A stretch of 63,914 nt of DNA, filler included, from Folioceros fuciformis (GCA_049999805.1; 5 parts of 5 records of this genome joined end to end with filler, not necessarily neighbours in it), one strand, 5' to 3'; positions 12,380 to 24,457 are shown, counted from the whole stretch's first letter. The notes: generated by a model from the sequence alone, not told the origin. Numbers and translations are program-made.

Positions 12380-15300
12380 ACTGCTTATTAGGAACAGAAA
12401 GCGGAGAGAGAGAGGGAAGCTGATCCCCCAGGTCAGGGCTCCGGGATCATCCATGGGTTAATCCCCGATTGGGAGGTGCTCACAAACCACTCAGTATAAA
12501 AAACAAGAAGTCGACAGTTGGGCAGCCTTTGCGTGAATCAGGATGGCATACTCAAACACCGTGTATTAGTCTGCAGAGTCGGTCAGTATCGACCCAGTTT
12601 ACTTGGGCACGTTCGCCTCCCTCTTGTATGTCACTGCGCGAGATCTGTCTCAGCCAGACATCGACCGCGGTCATCTCGGCAGTGAGTTCAGCACTTCCCC
12701 GCGTCACCACCCCGTTCGAAGACTTTGTCGTGCCAACTCCGATTGAAAGGAATGGCCAAAACTCAACCATTGTCAAACAAGACGTGAGGGCCGCAAAGTT
12801 TTGAGTCCCGAAGTCCCGACCTGCAGCAGTGAGGAGACGGTTGAAGGATTAATGTCGACCAAAGTGCGCCGAATTGGTTCCACTCGGTGAAGCAGGTAAC
12901 AATCCAATGTCATTGCCGCTCAGTCTGAAGCACCAGAGCATCCATCAAGATAATGTGGTTTGTATCCGTGTGACCAGGCACGAACTTGCAACGTCAACAG
13001 CAACAACAGTAACAGCAATAACCACATCAGCAACAGCAACGTCATACAGGAGCAACGACGCAACTGCAGGAACGCCATACAGGAGCACCAAACGCAACTG
13101 CATGAACGTCATACAGGAGCACCAAACAGCAACGGGAAGGTCATCCTTGAGCAGCAGCGGCAACAAGGCCATGATTCATGCGGTGAGCTGAGGATCTGCT
13201 TCAAGGCTCTCATGACGTACCTACAACCGGCCCAAGCTCATCAGTGATTCTCATGATCAAGGTTTCATTTCGAAATGGCGACAGCAACACTACTCTGAAC
13301 AATGAACACCGAACGGACGCCTCCTTGGTATGTGCTTGTCATCGTTCACTACAAAACTGCAGCCTGCTTGATATGTTTTCACCCTCTTGCACACTGCTTA
13401 CCAGCTACAATAGGGATCCCTTTGGCCAGGAAGTCGGACAACAAGGTATCTCGAGAGCGGCTGACGCAGGTATCGGACCAAACAGCTTTTCAGTTGAGAG
13501 TGGTAGGATCCACTAGCTAGGTTTGATCTGAGCTGAACAAGAGCCCTGTCTTGGAAGGCAACGACCACACACAGTGACATCCTCGCCATCCACACCGCTT
13601 CAAGAATACATGGGATGTTGAAGCGTGTTTTGTGTGCACGTGTGCGTTCACCGCGTTTCTCGACTGTACCTACGAGGAGGTATGTGTGTGTTTGCGGTGT
13701 CTGCTGCTGCTACCAGAGTAGTCTCCCACATCAGTTTGAAGGTTGTGTTCATCCGCAGCCAGTGTCACACAAACTCATCAGTTTTGAAGGTTATCACAAA
13801 CGAGCTGCTACATGGATGGAGAAGGATGAACATGTCGCGAGGTGATCCTCCACACACACGACGTTGAGGATGGCCTCCGTCAAATATCTTTTGTCGCCAG
13901 CGATGTCTGCGAAGCTCCAGCACATGAGCTAAAGAACAGCAAACGGGCCTCGTTATTCAGTACATCCTAGGCATGCAGCGAACCCAATGGCCAGTCGATT
14001 CAGGCTGGCTCATCAGCGAAAGCGTGGAGGTTGGAGGACCCAGGGTTACTTCACAAGGGTTAACCACAAGTGTCACGGAGGCCGTCCATGCCTAGAGGGC
14101 ATCACGCTTTTCTATTGTGTGAAAGATTCAGGATGAGAAATCTCCCATACGGTGCCTTCCAAGACCTTGAGCTACCAGGAGTTAAGCCTCCGATGGGTCG
14201 AGCCCGTGCTGGTCTTGAGCCAAGCGCGTGGGTTGCCATCAGAAACACAAGTTCTTGGGTACGCTCCGCTCCTGCACCCCCTAGCCTGATCGCGACGCAT
14301 ACATTCTCGCTGAAATGCAGCATTGCCCCACCGGCAGGGCCTATCGACCGTTTACGGACGAGTGCCGGCTGTGGCCCATGAAATTGAGCCTCAAAAGAAG
14401 ATTATATCCGTCCCCCGTGGTCCTCTGGGTAGGTAGCTCGATGGGATTCGATCTCCGGACGAGAATGGCCTTCAAGGGCGTTGAGTGGTCACCTGGGTAC
14501 CATCCTCAAGATGAAAATAAATCCGCCAACAAGGCTTCCCGCGTCCCTGGGTCCTCCTGACAGGTTCCTCATGATCCCTGCGTTGATGATGGTATCGTGC
14601 AGATTCTTCAGTTGCGATGCTGACTTGCAATTGGCGTGCTGCCTTCCGTCCATTGACCAAAAAACGCCTCCTGGGTACGGATCCATGGGTGGAGCCAGGG
14701 TGGCGTAAGGAATGTTCACACTCTCGATTGGGTTCCAGGAACACCCCGTCTTTTCACAATTCCGCAATTCTTCTTCCATTCGTCTGCGCTTGGGTTCTGC
14801 GTAGCCGGCCCTAGCCATAGCTTGAGGCCTGTGCGAAATCCGGGGGAGTGTTGGCGTGTTTGCGTAGCTACTTGCGAGGTAATGACCCCTATCCAGAGCG
14901 GTGTCTCCCTGGAACCCTATCCGTCCGGGAGCGCTGTCTCCCTCTTTGCTTGAAAGCTTTTCGTGCATGGCCACGGTTTTCGTTCTCTTCCGCTGTTGCC
15001 CGGGATGGGCTCATTGCTCGGTTGCCCTGCTGTACATCGATTTGGCATTTGTTGTTGTGCTGCCTTTGCTTTCGGTTTTCACTCACGACAGGGTAATCCA
15101 TTGTGTTGGTTGGAGGTGCAGGTGCGGGTGGAGTGCAATGGCAGGATCAGGCTGCCCATCCCAATGGCTACCATCGCAGGAAGCGCTGGTCCCCAGTGGA
15201 GCAAGGATCCTTTACTCCCAGCAATCTCAGTTGGAGCTGCCCACCGGAGGCATGAGCGTTCAACTTGAAGACTCGCTTACAATTGAGCTCCCCCCGGAGG

Positions 15301-17610
15301 CAATAAACAACTTGTCTGGACAGCCTGCAGCGGAGACGAATATGGTGATGCCGGTGTCTCTACTATTGCCCTCACCTCCGCTGGCACCGGCTCTTCCAGT
15401 TGGCGATCTCCTTAATCTTCCCCAGCTTCACCCGGCTGATGATTCCCTGGGGCAGCCCAACTACCCGAGCTATGAGGCCTACATTGGTCACGAGGAGGGC
15501 TACCTTGGGTATGACAAAGGCTACCTTGGCTCCAACGAGGCCTTTGAGGAGCGCTACGTCGGTCATGAAGACGGCTACCTTGGCTACCAGCACCTGGAGG
15601 ATAACCTTGCTTACCAGGAGGACAACCTTCGCCACCAGGAGGGCAGCCTTGGCTCCCAGGAGGGCTACATTGCCGAACAAGAGGGCTACCTTGGATATCA
15701 GGTAAGCTACCTTGGCTATGAGGAGGGCTACCTTGGCTACCAGGTAAGCTACCTTGGCTGTCAGGAATGCTACCTTGCGTCCGAGCAAGGTTACCTTGGC
15801 TACGGCGAGGACAACATTGGCTACGACGAGGACAACATTGGCTACGACGAGGACAACATTGGCTACGAGGAGGACAACATTGGCTACGACGAGGACAACG
15901 CTGGCTACGACGAGGACAACACTGGCTACGACGAGGACAACACTGGGTACGACGAGGACACCACTGGCTACGATGAGGACAACATTAGCTACGAGGCCTA
16001 CCTTCGCTACTACGAGGCCTACGTTCGCTACTACGAGGCCTACCTTCGCTACTACGAGGCCTACCTTAGCTACTACGAGGCCTACCTTGGCTACCTGAGC
16101 TATGAGGGCTACAGTCAGGTATCTTAGCTAACGTATTCCCTGGCCCCGCTCCCGCCACGGCCCATGCTCCTTCCCCTGCACATGTTTCATGTGTGTTTCA
16201 ATTCGAAGCTACACTAGTTCCGTCCGTCTCATATAAATCAACAATGGCCACATTGCACTGGTGCTTGTGACAGACTGACGACGTCCGCGCCTGGAATCTG
16301 ACAACACCTGATGGCTGCGCACTTGTGAGGTTGTGCACTGGAATGCATTTTATAACATGCTTTGTTTTCGTGGGATCAGTGTAGCCAGTGCCATGGCCCT
16401 CACCCAAATGACGGGTTCAAGCTTAGTGTGAAGTCGCGCACTTGTATTTACAGCTGATTCTGTTTGGGGTGGTTTGGACTGAAGCCAGGCTTGTCAGCTT
16501 GCTCACTTTAATGCTATGCTGTGATTAGTGTGGAATGATGGACAACACACTTGTCTACGTACATATAACTGTTGGAGCTGTTGCATGACGATCGATCAAT
16601 GCCGTCCCGTCATGTATGCTGACTTTTGGGCTTCTGGAAGTTGCATAGATTTCACGTCCGTGAATATTCCCACTGCAAGCTCGCTCGGGTAATAGCATCG
16701 CTATTGCAGTCTGCGGGCTGCTGCACAGTTCCTTGTTCCGTAAAAGAATTGAAAATGGGCCTTTCGTGGGTCCTTCCATGTCTATCGCTTCACAGAGCAA
16801 CAAGCAAACTTCTTTGTGTGTCCGCGCGATGTCCAGAACTTGCAATGCACAACAGAAGTTAGCGAGCGAGGCTAGGATTGGATACCTGTAAAGCGTAAAT
16901 ATATCCGGGCCGTCAGTCGCACCACGTAGGTTATCTGAGCACACATACTGTACTCCGTGGTTACTGCACATTTTGGCCGTTTCAGCAGTCATACACGTTA
17001 AGTTCTGTGGCACATGGGACCGGATGTATGCCTTTTTTACTATACAAATTTGGGTTTCATTTATATTATATCAAATTTTCTGGCTTAAGGCTTTGAAAAT
17101 CACTTTCAATTATCATCCTCATAATTCCAAGTTGAGCCCCCTTAGTTTGTCCAGGTGCTACACTAAGCTCGTTCCACTATGGGATGATAGTGCACATTGT
17201 TTGAGTGGATTCTATATTTTTATCATTTCTCATCTTATATCCTCTTCTGGAATATGATATTATGTTTTGCATCTTAGTCAAACACTCTCAAAACCTTGTT
17301 GTGCAAGAACTTCTTTCTCTTGAACTAACATATCTATAAATGCTCAACATTCAGGCTGCAATTAGTAAAATGAAAACTAGGATAGGATGTCATCTTTAAG
17401 TTGTAATGTACATGAGTGCCTTATGTTGGGGTGCCAGCTTTAAGCTAGAACATGTATAACTACTATGATGAAATGTCATCCTTAAGCTAGAATATGTATA
17501 TGTCTACTAGGGTGAGATGTCATTCCTTAGCTAGAATATGTATGAGTACTAGGATGGGGTGCCATATTTAAGCTAGAATATGTATCAGCACACAATGGAA
17601 TGTCATCCTT
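12380..17610 (+). repeat. Diverged segmental duplicate, longest copy C
   Basis: The left part matches copy B and the right part matches copy A. It ends in an array of ~42-bp repeats that is also seen at the end of copy A. Confidence 0.8.
15138..16127 (+). CDS. Orphan Tyr/Gly/Asp/Glu-rich tandem-repeat protein, copy C (open frame)
   Basis: Uninterrupted frame within ORF 14901..16127 with ATGs at 15138 and 15252. The N-terminal domain aligns by eye with copy A. It is followed by (EGYLGYQ)-like, (DNIGYDE)n and (AYLRYYE)n repeats and ends GYLSYEGYSQVS*. Confidence 0.55.
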   Translation: MAGSGCPSQWLPSQEALVPSGARILYSQQSQLELPTGGMSVQLEDSLTIELPPEAINNLSGQPAAETNMVMPVSLLLPSPPLAPALPVGDLLNLPQLHPADDSLGQPNYPSYEAYIGHEEGYLGYDKGYLGSNEAFEERYVGHEDGYLGYQHLEDNLAYQEDNLRHQEGSLGSQEGYIAEQEGYLGYQVSYLGYEEGYLGYQVSYLGCQECYLASEQGYLGYGEDNIGYDEDNIGYDEDNIGYEEDNIGYDEDNAGYDEDNTGYDEDNTGYDEDTTGYDEDNISYEAYLRYYEAYVRYYEAYLRYYEAYLSYYEAYLGYLSYEGYSQVS

Positions 17611-17612
17611 CG
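17375..17612. repeat. Degenerate ~42-bp tandem array (~6 units)
   Basis: Consensus approximately 'actaggatggggtgtcatccttaagctagaatatgtatgagt'. About two related units lie at 5487-5575. Confidence 0.8.
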
Positions 17613-17709
17613 AGTTTGAAAATGATACATGAATTATTTATGAAAATCATCCCAACTTTATCTACCAATAGTGACCTCTCTTGTGCATTATACGAGACAA
17701 GTGGGCCAA

Positions 17710-17810
17710 GGGCTAGTCCACCTTGTTAAATTTCCTTTCAAATGGCTAGTCCACCTTGTTAAATGCCTTTCAAATGGCTAGTCCACCTTGTTAAATGCCT
17801 TTCAAATGGT
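17710..17810. repeat. ~33-bp tandem repeat, 3 copies
   Basis: 'ggctagtccaccttgttaaatKcctttcaaat' occurs three times. Confidence 0.9.
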
Positions 17811-18619
17811 TAACCTTTGTGATTAGCAACAGAAAGAAGACCACTCCATGCAGTATCTCAATCTTTTGCCAAGATGTTAATATAGTCTTAAGAAAGCTTG
17901 CTACCACATGCTTTAAATTCGCACACTTATCGAGATACTAAGGCCTACCAACAATCTATGAGAGCCAATGATGGCATTGTGGGCCGTTGAAAGTTGACAG
18001 GATCGTCAATGGCACCACAAGAAATTTTAAGAGGCTCTTTGTAGGGGAGGGACTCACTTGTCCTTCGACTTGAAGAACTCCTCCCTTTGTTGGAGTGCTT
18101 TAGCTTGCTAATCATCCTCCCTCCCATACGTCGGGTGGGGGTGTCCCCTTCGTTGGTTGGTGTGGAGTAAAATGTTGTGTCCGAGGACACCGCAAGGCCC
18201 ACACAAACCCTCTATGTCGTTGTAGCCACGGGATTCGCTCTCAAGGGAATGATTTGTGCCAAGTAACATGGGTTTCTTCTAATACTGACTCTTGCCTAGG
18301 TTAGGCCTTGTCTACTATCAGTTCTTCTACCGACTACGCCCTACCACTACCCCTCGGTTAGCCTAACTATCGCGGACCCTACTCTACGACCGCAGTCGTG
18401 GTCTCCGGGACCACTAGTAGCTTCCACGATTGGTAGTGGGATCCACGACCATGGTGGGTCCCACCCAAAACCCTAACTAATATTTTTCGGCATAGGCGCC
18501 GCCGCAGGTTTCTGCCCAAGGGCTTCCAGATTCACAGATCTGGTCCTAATGGATGTTCCTCATTCAGGCAGGTGCTTATCTTTCGGGGGACAAGTTCCCA
18601 CAGATCACCACACTCCTCT

Positions 18620-18629
18620 CACACCCACG

Positions 18630-18665
<36 letters not shown>
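18620..18665. repeat. (CA)n microsatellite
   Basis: Direct run of CA dinucleotides. Confidence 0.95.
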
Positions 18666-18667
<2 letters not shown>

Positions 18668-19599
18668 GGTTCTGGCGTACACTTATTCCTCACAAATCTG
18701 TCCACAGGTTGTCTCCAAGAGTCCAGCAATGCTCACCAATCTTCTGCAATTCCTTAGCAGTCCTTCACAACACTTCACATGCCTCCACAATCCTCAATAG
18801 TCCTCTACACACGTCTAAGAATTCCTCAAAATTCTCCAGAAATCACATCCAAACTTCAACCATCGTTCACACCCATCCAGCAATTTCTCAGCGATTGTCT
18901 TCCGTTTCCAGCAATCTTGCAGTAATCTTCCAGGGTCCTCCTCAGTCTCTCACAGGGCTTTTTTAGTCAGTTGTAGTCAGTTCGTCTTCTCCTCAGCTCA
19001 CTCACGCACTCACTTCGACACCAGATTCAAAACCCAGACAATGGGTCAGGGAATAAGGGAAGGAGCAATACTCCTTCTACTCTGCGCAGCTAGCGGATTC
19101 GTCCCCCTCCCCTCGACTACGGACCACAGTCAACCTTCACTTACTCCTTCTCTTCACTCACTCCCTCAGTCTTCTTCTGCTCCTCACACACTCTCTTCTC
19201 TCCCACACTCGCTTCAACACCTCGTTGCTTCTCACACACTTCTCACCAGCAAATTTTAAATGCAACCAGAGGATCAGGGAATAAGAGAAGAATGCGATCT
19301 CCTCCCACTTTGTGTACGGGCAGATTCGTTCCTCTCACCTCGGCTACAGTCCACGGCAGCCATTCAAGGAATAAGGGAGGAGAAGTTCTCCTTCCACTCC
19401 GCACAGTGGGCAGATTCATTCCCCTCACTCCACACTGCGGAGCACAACGAACAACTTGGGGGATAAGGGAAGGTGACCTTCCACTCAGCTGGTTTAACTA
19501 CACACACCTACCAAGAGGCTAAGTCCTACCAATAATTGCTAGGGCAGTGCGCGCCGATGAAGATTAGGACTGTCGGTGCCGCCATAGAAGATTCGTTGA

Positions 19600-19699
19600 N
19601 NNNNNNNNNNNNNNNNNNNNNNNNNNNNNNNNNNNNNNNNNNNTTAATTAATTAANNNNNNNNNNNNNNNNNNNNNNNNNNNNNNNNNNNNNNNNNNNN
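19600..19699. other. Assembly gap with artificial TTAATTAATTAA spacer (the same structure occurs at 35898-35997, 56897-56996 and 62389-62488)
   Basis: Four identical 100-bp blocks: 44 N + TTAATTAATTAA + 44 N. Confidence 0.97.
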
Positions 19700-22199
19700 G
19701 GAAAGTAAGTGCGCGCGTCACCAAGGCAACAGCAAATTTTGCGCTGCAGGAATCTACCCGAAAAACAGGGGACGGGCAATCGAGCACCCCCTCAACCAAA
19801 CGCAAGGAATTAACACCAATTAAGGAGGCGAAACCGGCTAAAGGGGCAGAGAAGTTAGGGCTGACCCCGGGGGAAGAACTCTTTCCAGGGTGGGAACCGA
19901 TCTTCAGGGCCACCCTCTTGGTGGGGAATTTACAGCAGGAGGACTTGGCCAAGGTACGCACACTACTAGGAAGGGGGATCCTGGACAGAGGAATGGCTAT
20001 TGGAGGCGCACCCCAACAGGTGGATTTACCGGGCCTAACAGCAGTCATGGTCCGAGCGTAGGCGGACATGTTGGATCAGGCTACACGGGCGCTCACTTGG
20101 CTAAGCATGCAGGGACAAAGAGAAGAGGAGGTGCAGGCCAAGTTGTCCGAGGCGGAAGCAAGGCGAGAGTAATTGGTGGAAGCCCAATAGGCCATGAGTG
20201 CAGCAAAGGAATAGGCGCAGGAGGAAGTACGACGAGCTCAAGAGGAAATGCAGGCCATGAAAGATCAGCAAGAATTGCTCCTAACTCAAGTCAAGGAGGT
20301 CCACGAAGCCAACCAGGAAATGCAATAGGAGCTGTTGAGGGCAAAGGAGCAAGAGGCAGCTGCAATGGAGAAGGTTTAGAAGCTCACGGACCGTTATAAA
20401 CGTGAACATGATGAGGCCCGGAGCCAGGTGAAAGGGAAAGGGAAAGTCAAACGGAGCAGCAGGTTCGCAACCGAGGTAGCTAAAGCCGCTACCAGTCAGA
20501 GGGAGACCACACCGGTAGAAGACAGCCCTACCATGGTAAAGGAACCAGCAACAGTCGCGGAGCCCGCAAGCGGAAGACCTGGGATGGCGACCCACACAAG
20601 GAGGACGGGGCTAGGAAAAGCGACAGCCAAAGGAGCAGAGGATTCCCCAGTACCCTTGGAGAGCAGAAGACAGGCAATTTGGGGTAGCCCATAAGAGGAG
20701 GGGGTAAGCACCTTATATGCAATAGGAGGCCAGATTGTATTATAGCATCTGGATGAGGAATCTTATGTTCCTGGCCTCTATGTGAATGGGGACTGTGTAC
20801 TTAACCTGACTGTCCATGTGCGTGTGGAAATAGGAGGGACAAGGGCTTACTGCCTGCATCTGAGGACTCGTGGGGGATGCTTCTCCCATTGCTTTCGGGT
20901 GTGGGGATTGCCTCCTTGTTATTCGAAGGTAGTTTTGGAGGAACTCATGGAGGAAGAAGCGCAGGCATGGGGGAGCAAGAACCCGTGATGGTCCTTAGCA
21001 ATAGGCAACCGGAAGGTGGGGGAAGGACCCCTCGGCGGACCCCACCCATGCCTCAACAAGAGAAGTCAGGTGGCAGCGAGAGTGAGATAGAGGTTTTATG
21101 GGAGAATCTGCCTGATTAGCGAAGAGAAAGGAGAGCCCGGGGATTTGGCAGCTGGGGAAGGCATACGCAAAGGCCGGATAGGAGGTGAGCGTGGCGATAG
21201 GATAGGTCGAAATTCATTGCATCTTAGAATAGTATTTAGTTAAGATCTGATGAAGATGCTTTCTTGGACCTGATGCCACTCGCAATAACTGCTTGAGACT
21301 GGATGTGGAACATAGAATTTCGGGCCAGTGTTCCAATGTTGGTACAATTTGTACAAATGCGGCTAAGTATAGGAAAGGGTGTCATAACTTTTTCTTAACA
21401 CTCTACATATAATCATTGTGGCACCTACCATGAAGATTTGCCTCTCAGAATAAAGCCATAGCGACATGGTCGAACCTTATTCGAAGCGTAGGATAGGGAA
21501 CAAGATTTAGGAATGGCTTTAGGTTCGACATTAATTTCGAGTTGTGTTGAGTTCAGAGCTAAGGAAGCTAATGTCGTAAGAGGCACCGCCATGAGGCACA
21601 GGGCCTCAGTGATAGCACAGGCAAGGGCCTAAGGCCTGGAACAAGGGTGGGCTAGGCCTCACCCCTCACGCTCGGCCTCCTTAATCGCTTTGCTCAAATC
21701 TTGAGACTTGCACAAGCCTAGGTCCTTGGTGTGGTAATAGCCTCAAAGACATTGAAGCTGATATCCTTGGTTTGGCAACAGTGTTGCACTGGTTAGTGGC
21801 CGCTATGGGGCAATGTCCACTTTGGGAAGGTCCAAGAGCGGTCATGGCCAACGAGGGTATATACCTTCCTATACCCCTAAAACAAATATAAAAGAAAGGC
21901 GTCCCCTTATGTCCTCTTTGTTATGCCATACATGGCTTCAACAAAGTTGGTCACGTGAATGGGAGCCGTCAAGTTTAGAGAGGGTTTTTGTTTGTTGTCT
22001 GTTGTGGGATTTTGCTTTGAGCAACAATCTATTCAATCTTATGCACCACACCGACCATGACCCGCATGTTGAGAAAGAATTGTGACACCTCCCCTCTGTC
22101 CAGTGTGGTATGCCATATAATTTTCGTCCCGGCACCAAATCAATCAGTTAGTCGTGATGGTTTTTGTGCTGCAAGCAGACAATCTCCTCTCTCCTCTTT

Positions 22200-22617
22200 G
22201 GCATGCCTATGGCATACCAAAAGGGACACTCTCTCACTATACTTTCCCATGGGGTATCTACCCGAATATTCCCTTTCGATAGTTTTCTTGTTTGGTTACC
22301 AACCAAACCGGACTTTGCCTAAAAGGGACACAGAAAATAAAAACAATACAGGTTTCGTCTCTGCATGGTATGGCATGGGACTGGATGGTCTACATGGTAT
22401 GGCATGGGACTGGATGGCAGGAAGGGGGAGGGGCGCTGGATGGTAGGAGAGATTTGGCTAAGGTGGTGAAAGGTTTTTTTTTCGATCCGAGTCAATTATC
22501 CGGTTCGGTTTTGGCCCTCAAATTCGCGTACGCCCCAAACGGGACTTATAACCCGTGGTTTTTTTACAAAACCACGAGAGAGAGGGCGTGGTCCCCTTTG
22601 GTATGCCATACATGCCC
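22200..22617. mobile_element. MITE-like element with ~35-bp imperfect terminal inverted repeats
   Basis: Left 'ggcatgcctatggcataccaaaagggacactctctc' and right 'gagagag...gtcccctttggtatgccatacatgcc'. The interior is non-coding. Confidence 0.55.
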
Positions 22618-22874
22618 AATATGGCATTTCTTGTGACTATGTGCGTCTGTCTGCTTCCTTTGTGTTACGACGAGGTGCCAAAGTTGGCGTGAGAAGCGTG
22701 GTCATGGAAGACAAGGGCGTTTGCACTTCGCCTCGTCATTCAATACATGAAAGAAGCAAACCCTATCTGCTCCACGCTAAAAGAAATTGACCTAACTGAT
22801 GCACATGCAAGCTTGTTGCACGGCTTTGAATGTACAGGCCGTGAGCTCCACCGGACACAGAAGGCGTCACCCTA

Positions 22875-24457
22875 TTATAGAAGACTCGTCAAGTGAATCT
22901 TCCCTGTGTGCTCCACATCAACTCGATCGAACTGATGGCAGAGATCGTCTATTTCTTTTGACGACACCTTGCCCAGTTCTTTCAGCTTATAGATCACAAA
23001 CTCCGACTTGCTGCCAAAAGAACAAACGGCAAACCAAGTCAGCTTCAGACGAAAAAGGGCACAGGATTACCATGTTCACCTTGACCGGCACAACAAGATA
23101 ACAGGGGACAGTTGCCCACCTGATGCGCCCATCTCGGTCAAGGTCAGCTGCTAGTACATCATTCCTTGTGATCTCCCTTGACATAACCCATTTGGCAATT
23201 TTGCGATGCCGCTTGTCCACTCTAGCTTCAGCCAGAAAAACAAATGCACGTGCCACTGCCAAAGTGCTCACCAAAAGCCATACTGCTGCAAACAATCTGC
23301 CTCCAAAAGTCTTGAACGTGTGATCTCCATAACCGACCGTCGTCACTGACATCATTGTACCATAGAAAGCATCTATCCAATAGAGTTCTTCCATCTTGTG
23401 CATCACGAGAGTACCCACCGCAACGCACAAGCACACTGTGGCGATGGCTAGCCCGACCTGCACAGGTTTCAAACTCTGGCTGCATCAGTCAAAAGCTTAC
23501 CGCAGATCTAGTCAGGTAGACCCGTGATCCTAAAACTCACGAAACGTCCAAGAAGCTCTCAAACTTTTGCTGTGGCCTCCCTGTGCACAAGGGTGTTTGC
23601 GAGGGTACTACCTTCATCCGGATGCGCACTCTACCCTCCTTTTTGTTTATGACATAGTTTCTCGCCGTCTCATGGTGACCACCCTCGACAGCACTCAGCA
23701 AAAGAGTCTCTTGCTTATTCAACACAAAGGTTACGAGGCCGCTCATAAGGGTGTCCAAGAAGGCCACACCAAAGATGACAAACAGGCATGCAAATAGCTT
23801 GGCGGTGTTGGTCAGGGGAACAATGTCCCCATACCCAATAGTACACATGGTGACCACGCAAAAGTAGAGTGCGTCCACGAAGCTCACGGTCGTTGGTCCA
23901 GAGAATTCCGCTTCCTTCCACATGAAAATGGCGATACCCACAGCTAAGTATATCAGGAGTCCAACGCTCGCTTGCAAGACAACAGACGACGCTGTTTGAA
24001 GATTGGGCCTGCTGGATATGTCCTTCCCGGTCGTTCCCGTCGTGTGTAGCACACTGTCAGGACAGGTGTTGGCTCTGTTCAAGCACTTTTTTCTATCTAT
24101 GGCCTCCCCTAGCCGCAAAAGAATGTCATCCTTTTGGGATCTAGTGTCTCCCAGGGAAGGGCCAACTCCTGTAGCATCATCATCTCGAAGAGACTGAGTC
24201 ACCGAGCTCTCCAGGTCATCTGTTCTCCCACTACAGAGTTCACATGGCTTGCCAGTCAAGGCTCGAAAAGCACTGATCCACCGATTTGTACTCCGAGGAC
24301 GAGTGGCTCGGGGAGTCCTCGGACTGGGACTGGGCAACGCCCTACCCTCCACGGAATCACCATTCTGGGACAGCGGCCAGTCCTCTGGAATTTTGAAGAG
24401 CGGAGGCTCCCTGTTAAATCCTGGCCTTGGGCTCACCCACAGCAGCGGATCCTGCAT
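22875..24457 (-). CDS. TPK: Two-pore (tandem-pore) potassium channel, TPK/KCO family; 3 coding exons (24457-23612, 23457-23120, ~23010-22875)
   Basis: Two selectivity filters (TMCTIGYGD and SVTTVGYGD) and four TM segments. EF-hand-like C-terminus (AADLDRDGRI/SKSEFVIYKLKELGK). GT-AG introns join the exons in frame. Confidence 0.95.

Larger units (their letters stand above)
18173..21780 (+). mobile_element. Probable decayed LTR-retroelement region with an ~85-bp internal repeat array and a broken coiled-coil ORF (spans an assembly gap)
   Basis: Starts TGTTG (18173) and ends CAACA (21780). Repeats 'ggaataagggaagga...ctccttc.actc.g...gcagattcgt' lie at 19050-19490. One long + frame at about 19870-20990 has several in-frame TAG stops in an E/Q/A-rich coiled-coil. 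No target-site duplication was found. Confidence 0.4.

Noticed and set aside
19644-19655. Palindromic TTAATTAATTAA recurring four times in the window
   Set aside because: It is always centred in an identical N-run, so it is a scaffolding spacer and not biological sequence.
18173-21780. A single complete LTR element bounded by TGTTG...CAACA
   Set aside because: The flanks TAAAA and GTGTT do not form a TSD, no paired LTRs or PBS were seen, and a gap intervenes. It is kept only as a low-confidence relic.
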